From: Mobula hypostoma
Lineage: Eukaryota
NCBI RefSeq assembly: GCF_963921235.1
Contig: NC_086099.1
Location: 11,036,001 to 11,100,000 of the forward strand
Reading direction: 5' to 3'
Length of the DNA: 64,000 nt
Part shown: one piece after another, positions 12,916 through 25,216 of the stretch
Position numbering within the stretch: the stretch's first letter is position 1
Layout of the letters: each line of letters begins with the position of its first letter
Notes under the pieces: model-generated
What the model was told of the DNA's origin: nothing
Databases searched by the model: none
What the model saw: the letters and a program-made list of their open reading frames with translations, nothing else
Position numbers and translations under genes: made by a program

Positions 12916-13454
12916 TCGATATGCAACATCTGTGTCAACAACCAACACAGTGCAAGAATGTGCTGGGGGCAGCCCGTAAGTGTCACCATGTCAACACAGC
13001 ATGCCCAGAACGTACTCACCCTAACCCTGATGAGGTGGAGTTACAAGATTTTGACAGCAATACTGAAGAAACTGCCAACGTATCCAAATGAGATGAGGAA
13101 ATTTTGCTGCTAACAATGTACCCAGGTTTCTTTATTTATTTTCTATCAATAATATTTTACCTTGTTTGCGGTACATACGACTTTTTTCCCCCATATCTTT
13201 ATTCCTCATCAGTCTCTCTCCTCTTCCACAAAGATACAATTTGTCTCCATATATTTGTTGCTTACAACACTTTGTCATTGATTCCCACTTCACCTTTCCT
13301 TTCAGTGGAGACTTTCCTCTGAGTGATAATATTTATCACCAAGTGTGGACATCTTAATCTAACTTTACCATTACAAAATGGAATTAAAGTATATAAGAAG
13401 ATCACTTAAATAATAATCTGGAGTCCTCCCTGACCCAGAAACCATACTCTCTCC

Positions 13455-13890
13455 ACCCTTCATCAGCAAGGACCCCAAACCATCCAGGCCATGCTCTATT
13501 CTTACTGCTGCCATTGGGAAGGAGGTTACAGTAACCTTAGCTCCCACACCATCAGGAATAGTCATTACCCTTCAATCATCAGGCTCTTGAACCAGAGTGG
13601 ATAACTTAACTCACCTCAACGCTGAACTGATTCCACAACCTATGGACCCACTTTCAAGGACTCTGCAACTCATGTTCTCAATGTTATTTATCTGCCTATA
13701 CAGTATACCTACGTACATACATTATTTGTTTTTGCACAGTTTGTCCTCTTATATGCATTGATCGTCAGTTTTTCTGTGTACTTTTTCATTGAATTTATTG
13801 CATTTCTTTGTTCTAATGTGAATGCCTGCAAAAAATTGAATCTCAGGGTGACATATAGATACTTTGATAATAAGTTTACTTCGAACTTTC
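13455..13890 (+). mobile_element. Rex1/Babar-type LINE 3' end
   Basis: Same family sequence and UTR as the 12427 copy. Confidence 0.75.
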
Positions 13891-14518
13891 TCTCTGCTTT
13901 GAATGTATGACACCTGGAACAAGCTGTGGTAAAGCTCCTCAAAAAGTGGTCTCCTTGTAACATCTAAAAGTAAATCACTCTGTGTGAGAAAGGTAAGGCT
14001 AAACCAGTTTAAATTTTAGATATGCAACAGGAACAGAAGGAAGAAAACATTGGAGAAGCTGTTTTAAGTCTAGTTCAAAGCTGAAGTGTTGAGTGCCCAG
14101 CACATGAATCATGGTTTCTTACTGCTAACTTTTTAACATTAATCAGTTAAATTTTTGTATGTTATCCTAAACTGGAAGGGGTGTTTCTTTTCGGAGACAC
14201 CTATGACAAGTCAAATGATGAAAAATATAAACTGTAAAACCAGAGGAGGTTGAGATGACCATGTGACCAAAAACCTTGACAAGCTCCTATAGATGCACAA
14301 TGGAGAGCATTCGAACTGGCTGTATTACCACCAATGCCCAGGAACACAAAAGTTTACAGAAAGTGGTGGACACAGCCCAGTCCATCACAAGGCAAAGCCC
14401 TCCCCGCTACTGAGCACACGTACATCGAGTGCTGCCACAAGAAAGCAGCCGTTGTCATCAAAGACCCCACCATCCAGAACATGCCCTCTTTTCGCTACTA
14501 CCATCAGGAAGGAGGTAC

Positions 14519-14753
14519 TGAAAAAGGAACTCCGCAGGCCAGGCAGCTTCTACGGCAAATAGTACACAGTCGATGTCTTGGCCTGAAACGCAGAGGACTT
14601 TTCCCCTTCCTTTCCAGTCCTGATGAAGGGTGTCGGTCTGAAACATCGATTGTTTACTCTTTTTCATAGAAGCTGCCTGGCCAGCTGAGTTCCTCCAGGA
14701 TTTTTTGTGTGTTGCTTTGGATCTCCAGCATCTTCAGATTTTCTTGTGTTCAA
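14519..14753 (+). mobile_element. PLE-derived palindromic insertion with 7-bp TSD
   Basis: GAGGTAC flanks it at 14512-14518 and 14754-14760. An inverted left arm precedes a sense arm carrying the hammerhead. Confidence 0.75.
14615..14652 (+). ncRNA. Minimal type I hammerhead ribozyme motif (PLE-associated)
   Basis: CAGTC-CTGATGA-AGGGTGTCGGTCT-GAAA-CATC-GATTG. The core boxes are intact, stem I is CAGTC/GATTG, and the cleavage triplet is ATC. Confidence 0.65.
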
Positions 14754-14996
14754 GAGGTACAGAAGCCTTAGGTCCCACGTCACCAGGTTCAGGAACAGTT
14801 ATTATCCTTTACAACCATTAGGCTCTTGAACCAGGTGGGTAACTTCAATTATCACACCTGTGAACTGATTCTCTGACCTACAGGCTCATTTTCAGACTCT
14901 CTTTATTACTTGTGTTTTCAGTATTACTTTCATTTGCAGAGTTTATCTTCGTTCTTTGTGCGTAGCTTTTCATAAAATTCCATTGTATTTCTTTTT

Positions 14997-15879
14997 ACAA
15001 GCCCAAACCCTTTTTTCTCCAAAAAGTTCTATTTTAACTTCATCAGTCCACAGGACTTGTTTCCAAAATGCATCGGGCTTGTTTAGATGTTCCTTTGAAC
15101 TTTTTGAATAGCACTTTTTGGCCACAATGAGCAAAGGTATGTTTGGAGAAAAAAGGGTGCAAAATGTCATGAAAAGAACACTTCTCCAACTGTTAAGCAC
15201 AGGGGTGGATCGATCATGCTTTGGGCTTGTGTTGCAGCCAGTGGCACGGGGAACATTTACTGGTAGAGGGAAGAATGAATTCAATTAAATACCAGCAAAT
15301 TCTGGAAGCAAACATCACACCGTCTGTAAAAAGCCGAAGATGAAAAGAGGATGGCTTCTACAACAGAATAATGATCCTAAACACACCTCAAAATCCACAA
15401 TGGACTACCTCAAGAGGTGCAAGCTGAAGGTTTTGCCATGGTCCTCACAGTCCCCCGACCCAAACATCATCGAAAATCTGTGGATAGACCTCAAAAGAGC
15501 AGTGCATGCAAGACGGCCCAAGAATCTCACAGAACTAGAAGCCTTTTGCAAGGAAGAATGGGTGAAAATCCCCCAAACAAGAATTGAAAGACTCTTAGCT
15601 GGCTATAAAAAGCGTTTACAAGCTGTGATACTTGCCAAAGGGGGTGTTACTAAGTACTGCCATGCAGGGTGCCCAAACTTTTGCTTTGGGCCCTTTTCCT
15701 TTTTTGTTATTTTGAAACTGTAAAAGATGGAAATAAAAAAGTTTTCTTGCTTAAAATATTAAAGAAATATGTCATCTTTAACTTTATGCCTTTTGGAAAT
15801 CAGTTCATCTTTTACTTGCTTAGCTATTCACAGTAACAGAAATTTTGACCAGGAGTGCCCAAACTTTTGCATACCACTG
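14997..15879 (+). mobile_element. Tc1 (DD34E) transposon, 5'-truncated, with an inverted segment and an IR/DR-type right end
   Basis: Reads PTVKHRGGSIMLWAC, QQNNDPKHT and SPDPNIIENLW. It ends ttttgcataccactg followed by TA, and gtgcccaaacttttgc is repeated inside the right end. Confidence 0.9.
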
Positions 15880-15889
15880 TACTTGCAGA

Positions 15890-16190
15890 ATGTGGGTGAT
15901 CATGGTCTTTCCATGACCATGATTGTTCTTGGCAAATTTTTCTACAGAAGTGGTTTGCCATCGCCTTCTTCTGGGAAATGCCTTTACAAGCCTGACGTCA
16001 GTGGTTGTATAACCAGAACTTGTGTTATGCACTAGCTGCTCATTCAACCATCCACCACCCGCTCCCATGGCTTCATGTGACCCTGATCAGTGGGCTAAGC
16101 AGGTGCTATACCTTGCCCAAGGGTGACTTGCAGGGGCAGAGGGAAGGAGAATTTTACATTGCTTTTGTTAGAGATGTATGCCACCCTGTC
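15890..16190 (-). mobile_element. RTE-related SINE-like element (same family as 556-920)
   Basis: Contains gtggtttgccatcgccttcttctggg on the + strand. Confidence 0.6.
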
Positions 16191-16327
16191 ATGCTAAGGT
16201 AGTATATGGTGGCATAAATGTAATTTGATTATAAATTTACTTTGAACTTATAGAGATTTATACAACTAAGAGCATTCAATTGTTAAAGTTCAAAGTACTT
16301 CTTTTTAAATCAAAGTATGCATTGATT

Positions 16328-16652
16328 GTGTGGATAGTCAGAGGGTTTTTCCCAGGGCTGAAATGGCTAACACGAGAGGGCACAGTTTTAAGGTGCTTGG
16401 AAGTAGGTACAGAGGAGATGTCAGGGGTAAGTTTTTTACGCAGAGAGTGGTGAGTATGTGGAATAGGCTGCCGGCAACGGTGGTGAAGGCAGAAACAATA
16501 GGGTCTTTTAAGAGACTCCAGGATAGGTACATGGGGCTTAGAAAAATAGAGGGCTATGGGTAACCCAAGGTAATTTCTAAAGTAAGTACATGTTCAGCAC
16601 AGCATTGTGGGCTGGAGGGCCTGTATTGTGCTGTAGGTTTTCCATGTTTCTA
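16328..16652 (+). mobile_element. CR1 LINE 3' fragment inserted in a Rex-type tail
   Basis: Reads NTRGHSFKVLG...KFFTQRVVSMWNRLP. Confidence 0.85.
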
Positions 16653-18437
16653 TAAATTATACAACCCTAAGATTCGTCTGCTTACAGGCAGCCACAAAGC
16701 AAGAAACCGAACTAACCCAATTTTTTTTAAAATGCAATGCACAGAGGCATAAATCATGCAAACAATAAAATCAAGCAACAGCACTCAAAACCAAAGTGAG
16801 TCCATAGACACAACGCCTGGAGAAGGCCCATAGCCTCAGCCTCAGTTCATTGTAGTGAAGCTCAAAGACAAGAAGCCTGGATCAGCTGTAGCGGGACATT
16901 CATAAGGCAGACAGTCGCAGTTCCTTTCCCCCAGAGGAGCGGAGTTTTAAACTAGATGATTTAAGGCGAGAAGGGATATAGCAAATGAGAGTAACTCCGG
17001 AAACCACTTTGGTCGGCATAGACAAGTTGGTCTGAATGGCCTGGCTGTACAAGTCTCAGTTCAATTTCAAGTTTATTTTCATTTAGCTGTACACATGTAC
17101 ACCGACAAATGAAACAACATTCTTTCAGACCAAGGTGCACAACACAGTACATATAACTCACACACACATACAACACAGAAGGGGATATTAGCACAAACAC
17201 ATTAACGAATAATAAGGAGCAATTTCAACATAAGCTAAAAAGTGAACAGTATAATGTATAATGGGAGTGCAGTAGTCTCACAGTCTGGGGGAAGAAACTG
17301 TTTCCCATCCTAACAGTTCCTGTCGGTATGTTATAATACCTTCTGCTTGATGATAGGGGGTGAAAGTGACAGTTGGACAGATGGTAGAACGTACGATGGC
17401 AGAATGCTATATGCTAAGCCTTTTCTCAAAATTAAGGTTAGTAAGATCTGGGTATGCAATGCTGGGGCTGGAAGTGTGGCAACATTTGTGGGCTGCCTAG
17501 CACAATCCTCACTGATTTGACTTGATGTAACCAATGTATTTCAATATATGGCTGAAGGTGCATGGGAGAAATAGAGCTAATATTTTAATTTATTCATTTT
17601 CATTTATACATATATTAAGAAAAAGAGGTTAAAAATAAGCATCCCTCTCTATTCGACTGAATATGCCGGATACACAAGAAATAAAGAAAGCTGACTTGAT
17701 ATCCTCATTCTTGCCTCTTTTTCTCTTCAGTTTGGAAGCTGCGACGAATGGAAGCACATGGGTATTTTCAAAGGGAAGCATATGCTTTAGCTCAGAAAAG
17801 ATCATCAACATTCAGAAAGCCTGACGTGGATTGATAACCATCGACTTTTAGAAGCCACATTCAGACAGGCCATAGTCTGTCGCCACTCACAATTAGCTGG
17901 CTTCCAGATGAGACTGAGTAAGATTTCATACATCTGTCCTCCAAGTTCAAGAAGAGTGAACAGTTCTCATCAGATTTTCCATTAGAGGAAAAGAAGTGGT
18001 TTAGACTCAAAATGTTGAAATGTGAAAAAGATCAGTGGAATTTTTATTTTCAGTGGTTAATGTATCAGTTTCCCTAATCGACCAGTCACAAAAATACTCT
18101 TGTGACAAATGGAGTAAAATCAGCACTGTTTACCCAGCTATGCATCAATACCTGCAGTAACTTTCTGAGGACCCACACTTAAAGTTTCAGCAAGTTTCTT
18201 TGCCTACACCATCAGATTTCTGACTGCACAATGAACCTATGTCCACTACCTCAATATCTTTTTTTCTCTTTTTTTTGCTCTCTTTTTGCACCACTTATTT
18301 AATTTAATTTTTATATATATTTATTATTGTAGTTTATAGTTTTATTATTATGTAATATGTACTGCAATTATATATTGCTATATATTATACATTATTATGT
18401 ATTGCAATGTACTGCTGCCACAAAACAACAAATTTCA

Positions 18438-18736
18438 CTCCTTCCATTTCTCCTACCGTTCACTCTTCTCTATCAGATTCCTTCCTCTCCGGACCTTTAC
18501 GTTTCCCACCCACCTGGCTTCACCTTTCACCTTCTAGCTACACTCCTTTCCCCCGCCCCCCCCCCCACTTTTTATTCTGGCATCTTCTCCCTACCTCTTC
18601 AGTCCTGAAGAAGGACCTTGGCTCGAAATGTTGACCGATTATTCATTTCCATCGGTGCTGCCTGACCTGCTGAGCTCCTCCAGCATTTTGTGTGTGTTCA
18701 TTTGCATTTTCAGCATCTACAGAATTTCTCATGTTT
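18438..18736 (+). mobile_element. PLE 3' end with hammerhead motif, inserted in a Rex-type tail
   Basis: Pyrimidine tract, then CAGTC-CTGAAGA-...-GAAA-TGTT-GACCG at 18600-18637, then the PLE tail. Confidence 0.75.
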
Positions 18737-18789
18737 AAAATCTCATGACACATGCCAGTGGCCATTAAACCTGATTCTGATGCTATAGG

Positions 18790-19160
18790 TATGTAAACAG
18801 AACTGCACACAATATTTGCTGTTTTGACCTGACGCAAATGACGGATCTTTCTGTACGTTTCGCTGTACATGTGACAAATAAAGCTACTCTGTCTTTCTTT
18901 ATTTGTCAATGAACCTAATGCATCAATGACCAACACGGTCCGAGGGGGCAGCCTGCAAGTGGCCCCATGCTTCTAGCTTCAACATAGCATGCCCATAATT
19001 TACGAACCCTAACTGTACGTCTTTGGAATGTGGGAGGGAACTGGAGCATCTTGAGAAAACCTTCGCAGTTACAGGGAGAATGTACAAGACCACAGCAGGA
19101 ATTGGACCCTGATTGCTGATGTGGTAAAGCATCGTGCTAACGGCTTCACTACCGCACCAT
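18790..19160 (-). mobile_element. V-SINE
   Basis: Reverse V-domain and tRNA-like head (gcatcgtgctaacggcttcactaccgcacc). Confidence 0.7.
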
Positions 19161-19189
19161 TTCCATTACATTAGTCAGGCAGTCTACTA

Positions 19190-19610
19190 TCAAAGTACAT
19201 AAATTTCCCCAGAGTTCCCTGAGATTTATTTTCTTGCATGGATTCACAGGAAAATTAAGAAACATAATAGAATTTCTGAAGAACTATACATAAACAAAGA
19301 CTGACCAACCATGAGTTGTAGAGTCCTTGAAAGTGAGTCCATAAGTTATAGAATCAGTTCAGAGTTGAGGTGAGTGAAGTTATCCATGTTGGTTCAGGAG
19401 CCTGATGGCTGAGGGGTAATAACTGTCCCTAACTGGGTGATGAGGGACCGAAGGCCTCTATGCCTCCTTCCTGATGGCGGCAGTGAGAAGAGAGCATGGC
19501 CTGGATGATGGGAGTCCTTAATGATGGCTGCTGCAGCAGGTCACCATGTAGATGTGCTCAATAGTGGGGAGGGCTTTGCCTGTGATGAATTGGGCTGTAT
19601 GCACCACTTT
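19190..19610 (-). mobile_element. Rex1/Babar-type LINE 3' end
   Basis: Reverse complement of the family UTR and ORF end. Confidence 0.75.
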
Positions 19611-19618
19611 CTGTAGTC

Positions 19619-20375
19619 CAGGGGTCCCCAACCTTTTCTGCACCGCAGACTGGTTTAATATTGACAGTATTCTTGCGGACCGGCCGACCGGGGGGGGGGG
19701 GGGGTGGGGTGGTGTTCAAGTAGGGTTAAACTCACCTCAGCTTGTCTTTTACAGCTAGGGTTGCCAACTTTCTCACTCCCAAATAAGGGACAAAAGTAGC
19801 AGTCAAATCCCACGACACTTGGGTATACGCCGAGAAAGACTACCATGACCATGAAGCCTTGCGCGGGCACCTGTGAGTGCATGTGCACATGTGCCCATTT
19901 TTTTCCACAAATTGGTTTTGGCTTAATCTTCCTGACTATACTGTACATACATTATTTCTACTTTATATAGGCTGTGTACTTCTTATATCATTCCTGCTTT
20001 TACTATATGTTACTGTTATTTTAGGTTTTATGTGTTATTTGATATGATTTGGTAGGTTTTTTTGGGTCTGGGAACGCTCAAAAAATTTTCCCATATAAAT
20101 TAATGGCAACTGCTTCTTCACTTTACGCCATTTCGGCACGAAGGGTTTCCTAGGAACGCTCTACCTTAGCAGGGGAAATATGGGAGAAGGGCGGTCCCTT
20201 ATGGGACAGACCAATTTAGCTCAATATACGGGATGTCCCGGCAAATACAGGACAGTTGGCAACCCTATGTTCAAGTTCAACAGTGCGTGACAGGGAATGA
20301 GGAAAGGTGCAACTGACTCATATCGTTTCCTCGCGGCCCAGTATCGGTCTGCAGCCCGGAGGTTGGGGACCGCTG
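19619..20375. mobile_element. hAT (Charlie-like) MITE with 8-bp TSD, containing a nested hAT element
   Basis: TIRs are CAGGGGTCCCCAACCT / AGGTTGGGGACCGCTG. TSD CTGTAGTC lies at 19611-19618 and 20376-20383. Confidence 0.9.
19721..20267. mobile_element. Nested hAT element (TAGGGTTGCCAACT TIRs) with 8-bp TSD
   Basis: TSD TGTTCAAG lies at 19713-19720 and 20268-20275. The TIRs start at 19756 and end at 20267. Confidence 0.85.
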
Positions 20376-20539
20376 CTGTAGTCACCACCATTACCATTAG
20401 CACAGAAATCTTAGAAAAGCTCAGAAAAACGCATCGAGAATTTTAATGGTTACCAAGAGCAGTCAAAGAAACATGGAACCATGCTAAAGTAAACAGGGAG
20501 GAAACAATCAATTGTGGCCAGCTTGGGTTGTTGGGTGGA

Positions 20540-20870
20540 CCAGGCCATCATTCTGTGATGTTGCCTGTTGTACTTGTCTGGGGAGGAGAAGTTAAGGTGC
20601 TGTGGGAGACAGCAGAGGGGCAGAGGGTGAGCTGGAGCCCGTATTGGGTTGGGGGGGCTGGCCCCTCCCTTTGGTGCTGCCCTCCAGTGTTTGCTCGGCG
20701 GAAGACAAGCGGTACTGTGCTCGTCTGAGTGTGATAAGGAACTGCTGCATGCTTGCTCTTGCAGGAACATGGCATCAGATCAACATCCTGTGCACCATCA
20801 ATCTTCAGGCCATGCCATCAGGGACTTGGGCTAGTGTAATTTTCCAACCGTATGTGCTATCATAACTATA
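20540..20870 (+). mobile_element. Internally deleted LINE derivative with an APE-endonuclease N-terminal remnant
   Basis: The frame LPSSVC...IRNCCMLALAGTW resembles the RDCCVLCFTETW motif of Rex1/L2-group endonucleases. Confidence 0.45.
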
Positions 20871-20879
20871 TTTCTTTAT

Positions 20880-21130
20880 AGGCCCTTCCATCCCTTAGAG
20901 CCTCGCCACCCAGCAACACCCAATTTAACGCCAGCCTAATCACAGTGAAATTTACAATGACCGATTAACTTACAAACGAGTATGAATTTACACGTGGGAA
21001 GAAACCGGAGCTCCCAGAAGAAACCCACGCGTTCACAGGGAGAATGCACAAACATTTTACAGGCAGCAGTGGGAAATGAACCCAGGTCACTGGCACTGTA
21101 AAGCATTGTGCTAACCACTATGCTATGTGC
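20880..21130 (-). mobile_element. V-SINE
   Basis: Contains gaaaccggagctcccagaagaaacccacgc and a tRNA-like head. Confidence 0.75.
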
Positions 21131-21529
21131 TGTGTGTGTTTGCATGTTGGCTCTGAAGGAATGCTGCTTCGTTTAGCTGTATGGTTGAATGACAATTAAA
21201 GTGAACTTGAATTTGAATGTGTTGTAATGTGTCCTGTTCTCTCTCTTATTCTAGACATTTTAAGTATGCCAAAACCACAATGAAAATTAAGAGGAGCAGG
21301 TAGCTTGATTTGTTTCAAATGCAACCCTTGTTGATGTGAATTCTGCAGGTCATAATTAAATTGTACTGTCTCACAATTGGATTTTGTGTTTAATATTCAA
21401 CACCATTAAACAACACATGTATTTAGATACTAGCACTTTTCTAACCAGAAATTACAGCCCACGTTGCTGCTGCTGCTACTGATCAAAGGACGATGTCAGT
21501 TATGAATGGGTTTCTCCAGATGAGCTGCT

Positions 21530-21970
21530 TCCATCACGGGTCTGGTCTGGAGGGGCCACCACACAGGATCGGGAAAAGAGTGACAGAAGGCTGTAAATGC
21601 AGTCAGCTCCATCGTGGGCACTAGCCTCCCCACCACCCGATGACATTTTCAAAAGGTGATGTCTCAAAGGTGGCATCCACCAGCAAGGACCCCCACGACC
21701 CAGGATATGCCCTCTTCGGATTACGACCATCACAGAGGAGCCATCTTGAAGACACACACTCAACATTTTATAAACAGCTTCTTCCTCTCCATCATCACAT
21801 TTCTGAACAATGAACCCATGAATACTACCTCACTATTTGCACTACTTAATTTTAAAAACATATATGTGTTAATACAACTTATAGTAGTTCTGTATATATT
21901 GCACAGCACTCCTGCCACAAAACTAATTTCACATCATATGTTGCTGATAATAAAGTTAATTTTGATCCTC
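21530..21970 (+). mobile_element. Rex1/Babar-type LINE 3' end
   Basis: Contains a KTHTQHFINSFFLSIITFLN remnant. Confidence 0.65.
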
Positions 21971-22087
21971 AGTCAAATAAAATCCAATTGCCTATTCCAT
22001 AGTATTGCTCAGTGTGCACTGCAGGATCCCAAGGACAGATAATGTTTGAGAGGGTTTCTTTGGTTCTGGGAGCTGAAGTAGAAAAGA

Positions 22088-22310
22088 GGGGAGAAGGGTC
22101 AAATGTGAGTTATTGGTGGCTTAAAAGCAGTTGCTCCAGGCAGATGGGCCTCATCAGACTTGGTTGCAGCTCGTCTAGGAGAGGGAAAACTCTGATCTCA
22201 AGCCTCAGCTGCCTCTCATGGGAAGGTTTCGGGTGAAAACTCCAAAGAAAAGTCTGGAGTCCCAAAGGCAGTCCTACATTGAGTTCAACGCTGACTGGCA
22301 ACCTCTGCGA
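22088..22310 (+). mobile_element. Fragment of the same dispersed element as 28310-28840
   Basis: Shares ctaggaga..aaactctgat.tcaa.cctc.gctgcc and ggcagtcct.cattgagttcaa.gctgactggca with that copy. Confidence 0.7.
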
Positions 22311-22719
22311 TCATCCCAGAATCTTCTTTTGGCGGGAGAATGGATATGGTAAGAAACGAAGACTGTAATGTTTCAAGTATAGTATACTCCTATGTTAGAG
22401 CAGTTCGAGTGTAGAGCTTACAAAACCCCAGCAAAAAAAAACTTGAGATACATTGAAACATTTTCTCTTACGGAAATTATGTGCAGAAACAACCCAAATA
22501 AATAAACACAAAACTATATAAAGAACTGATCTAGTTTACTTAGAACTATGAGAGCAGGCTGCCAGTTCACAGCAGGAGGCCACAGAAAGGATTTTCAAAG
22601 TTCAAAGTTCAAGTTCAAAGTAAATTTATTTTCAAAGTACATGTACGTCACCATATACAGATATGAGACTCCTTTACTTTTCTTTGAGTTTTTCTTTGAA
22701 AACTGACAAGTCAATCTAA

Positions 22720-23035
22720 AGATTAAAGATTAGCTTTATCTGCCACATGTATGTCGAAACACCAAAGCCTGGAAACACACAATGAAACGCGTTGTCTGGA
22801 TTAAATTAAATCAGCGCAAGTGTCGATTCTGGCATCAACATAGCATGCCCACAACTCACTAACCCTAACCATATTTCTTTGGAATGTGGGAGGAAACTGG
22901 AGCATCCAGAGGGAAGCCCATGTGGTGACAGACAAAATGTACAAACTCCTTACAGACAGCAGCGGGAATTGACCCCCAACTGGTGATTGTTGGTGTTGTA
23001 AATTGATGCACCAACCACTATGCTACCAAGCCACC
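22720..23035 (-). mobile_element. V-SINE
   Basis: Reverse V-domain and head. Confidence 0.75.
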
Positions 23036-23246
23036 CTGCTGATTTTTGTACTGCAATACTTTTTCTAAAAATGCAATATCCATTTCTAGTGATTTAAAAC
23101 AACAACCCTTTGTTATCTGCCAACGATACCATCAGAATCTGCTTGTCCGAAGACCACGCACTCACTATGGCGTTATTTGTTGACGGCAAAAGCAATCAGT
23201 GAAACATACGGTTTTCTAAGAATGCAACCAATCAGGGTACACTGTA

Positions 23247-23312
23247 CAGTACTGTGTGAAAGTCTTAGGCTCATCTATATAGCTAGGGCACTGAGACTTT
23301 TACACAGTGCTG
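23247..23312. mobile_element. 66-bp Tc1-family MITE
   Basis: TA-CAGTACTGTGTGAAAGTCTTAG...CTGAGACTTTTACACAGTGCTG-CA. The TIR matches the right end of the 6070-6427 remnant. Confidence 0.75.
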
Positions 23313-23369
23313 CATTTGTCAATGTCTCCTGGATTTCCACTGAAGTGACATTTGTTCCTCTTGATGCTC

Positions 23370-23730
23370 ATAAGGCACAGGGGCAGAATTAGATCCCGCA
23401 GCCTATTGAGTCAACTCGCCATTCCTACCTGGCTGATTTATAATCGCTTTCAAACTCACTCTCCAGCCTTGTGACCTTTGGCACCTTGACTAATCAAGAA
23501 CCTTGTCTTAAATGACTTAACCTCTACAGCTGTCCCTGGCAACGAATTCCACAGATTCACCACACTCTGGCTAAAGAAATTTCTCCTTGTTTCTGTTCTA
23601 AATGAAGGTCTCTCTATTCTGAGGCTGTGCCCTCTGGATCTACACTCCCCCACTATAGGAAACATCTTTTCCACATCCAGCCTATCGAGGCTCTTCAATA
23701 TCTAATAGGTTTCAGTGAAATTCTCCTCCC
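23370..23730 (-). mobile_element. CR1 LINE 3' fragment
   Basis: ORF 23456-23698 reads LDRLDVEKMFPIVGE..SRGHSLRI..FFSQSVVNLWNSLP. Confidence 0.85.
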
Positions 23731-24724
23731 ACCCCACCTTTGTATTAAGGGTTATTACAGCCAGCACCATATTATTCACATGCTCAACACTGATGCTTTA
23801 CCCTAAGTTTTGCATCAATAAAACCCAACCAAATGCAGAGAAAAACTGTTCAAGGATGGTCCCCAAATTAACCAAATCCAAGGTTTGTGGCTGTTCAGAA
23901 TGGAGAAGCAGCACTTGAGATGGGACTTTGAATTCTGAATCTATTCACAAGCAGCTCAGCATAAATTTTATTTGTTTTAAATTTTATTTATAAGTAACAG
24001 GAGGTAAATGAGTCTGAGAAGAACACACACAAAACACTGGAGGAACTCAGCAGGTCAGGTAGCATCTATGGAAATGAATAAACAGTTGACGTTTCAGCCC
24101 GAGATCCTTCATTAGAGAGTTAGATATCTCAATGTACAATTGGAGCATGTATTCCTACAAAGGCAATGGTGGAGGCTTGGAAAGACCCTGTTTACTCAGG
24201 ATCAAGGTTTTGAACTTGGTGTATGAAGTAGTAAACAAGTAAGGGAAAATGATAACCTTTGGGTCCTCACTGCTGGAACTCAGCAGGTCAGGCAGCATCA
24301 ATGGAGAAGAATAAACAGTTGATGTTTTGGGCTCAGACCACTCTTCTCCTTGATCAGTTCATCACCACCAGCAAAACAGTTGCCTATGAATAGGAATCTT
24401 GGAGCACCCCAAAGTGCCTGGATTCCCTGATGTCTACTATTGTTGGCATCTGAGAAACATGTCTAACATTCTCTGTCAGGAAACACTGGTGTAATGCAAA
24501 CAGCCAGGAGATCAACCAGTGATCACAAGACAACAAACTTAATACCATCTGTCAATAAATCTGCTTCTGATTCTTATTCACTCTGATATGAACAATCTTG
24601 CCTTCTTCATTTCCTCCTGCCTGTTCGAGTAAACCCTTCTCTGCACCCTTTCTAGCACAAATCTGACTAGAATTGTATAGCACATTTCAATTTAGACCCA
24701 AAAAATGTTTCAACTGATAAAACA

Positions 24725-25120
24725 TAACTGTAAAAGATTCTAGAAATCCAGAATATTGCACACAAAATGCGGGAGGAACTTAGCAGGTCAGGCAGCATCC
24801 ACGGGGAGGAAATTGGCAGCCGACATTTTGGGCCAGGGCCCTTCATCAGGCCTGTAAAGGAAGGGGGAAGAAACTAGAATAAGGAGGTGGGTGGGGGCAG
24901 GGGACTGAGTACAAGCTGGAAAGTGATAGGTGAGATCAGGAGATAGGAAAGATGGATGGGGTAGAAGGGAATGAAGTCAGAAACTGGGAGGAGATAGATG
25001 AAACCAGATCAGGGTGAAATTGGGTGGGTGGAAGATAGGGTAGGAAGTGAGAAGCAGCGAGGTGATAGCTGGACAAGGTAAAGGGCTGAAGAAAATGGAA
25101 TCTGACAAGATTGGTATATA
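24725..25120 (-). mobile_element. PLE 3' end with degenerate hammerhead
   Basis: The reverse strand reads cctgatgaagggccctggcccaaaatgtcgg, with a purine tract on the + strand. Confidence 0.75.
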
Positions 25121-25216
25121 CTCTCAGGGAACAAGGCTCTGCTTTGGGAATGCTGAAATAGAAGAACACACCTCCAAATATTAAGATGTCCTGTGTAGAT
25201 ATTCACGCTTTGCAAG

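Larger units (their letters stand above)
14270..14995 (+). mobile_element. Rex1/Babar-type LINE fragment hosting a PLE insertion
   Basis: Reads LPATEHTYIECCHKKAAVVIKDP and resumes after 14753. Confidence 0.75.

Noticed and set aside
17700-17920. Strong acceptor-like tract ttgcctctttttctcttcAG at 17730
   Set aside because: There is no convincing donor with an open, recognisable frame. A non-coding exon cannot be excluded.
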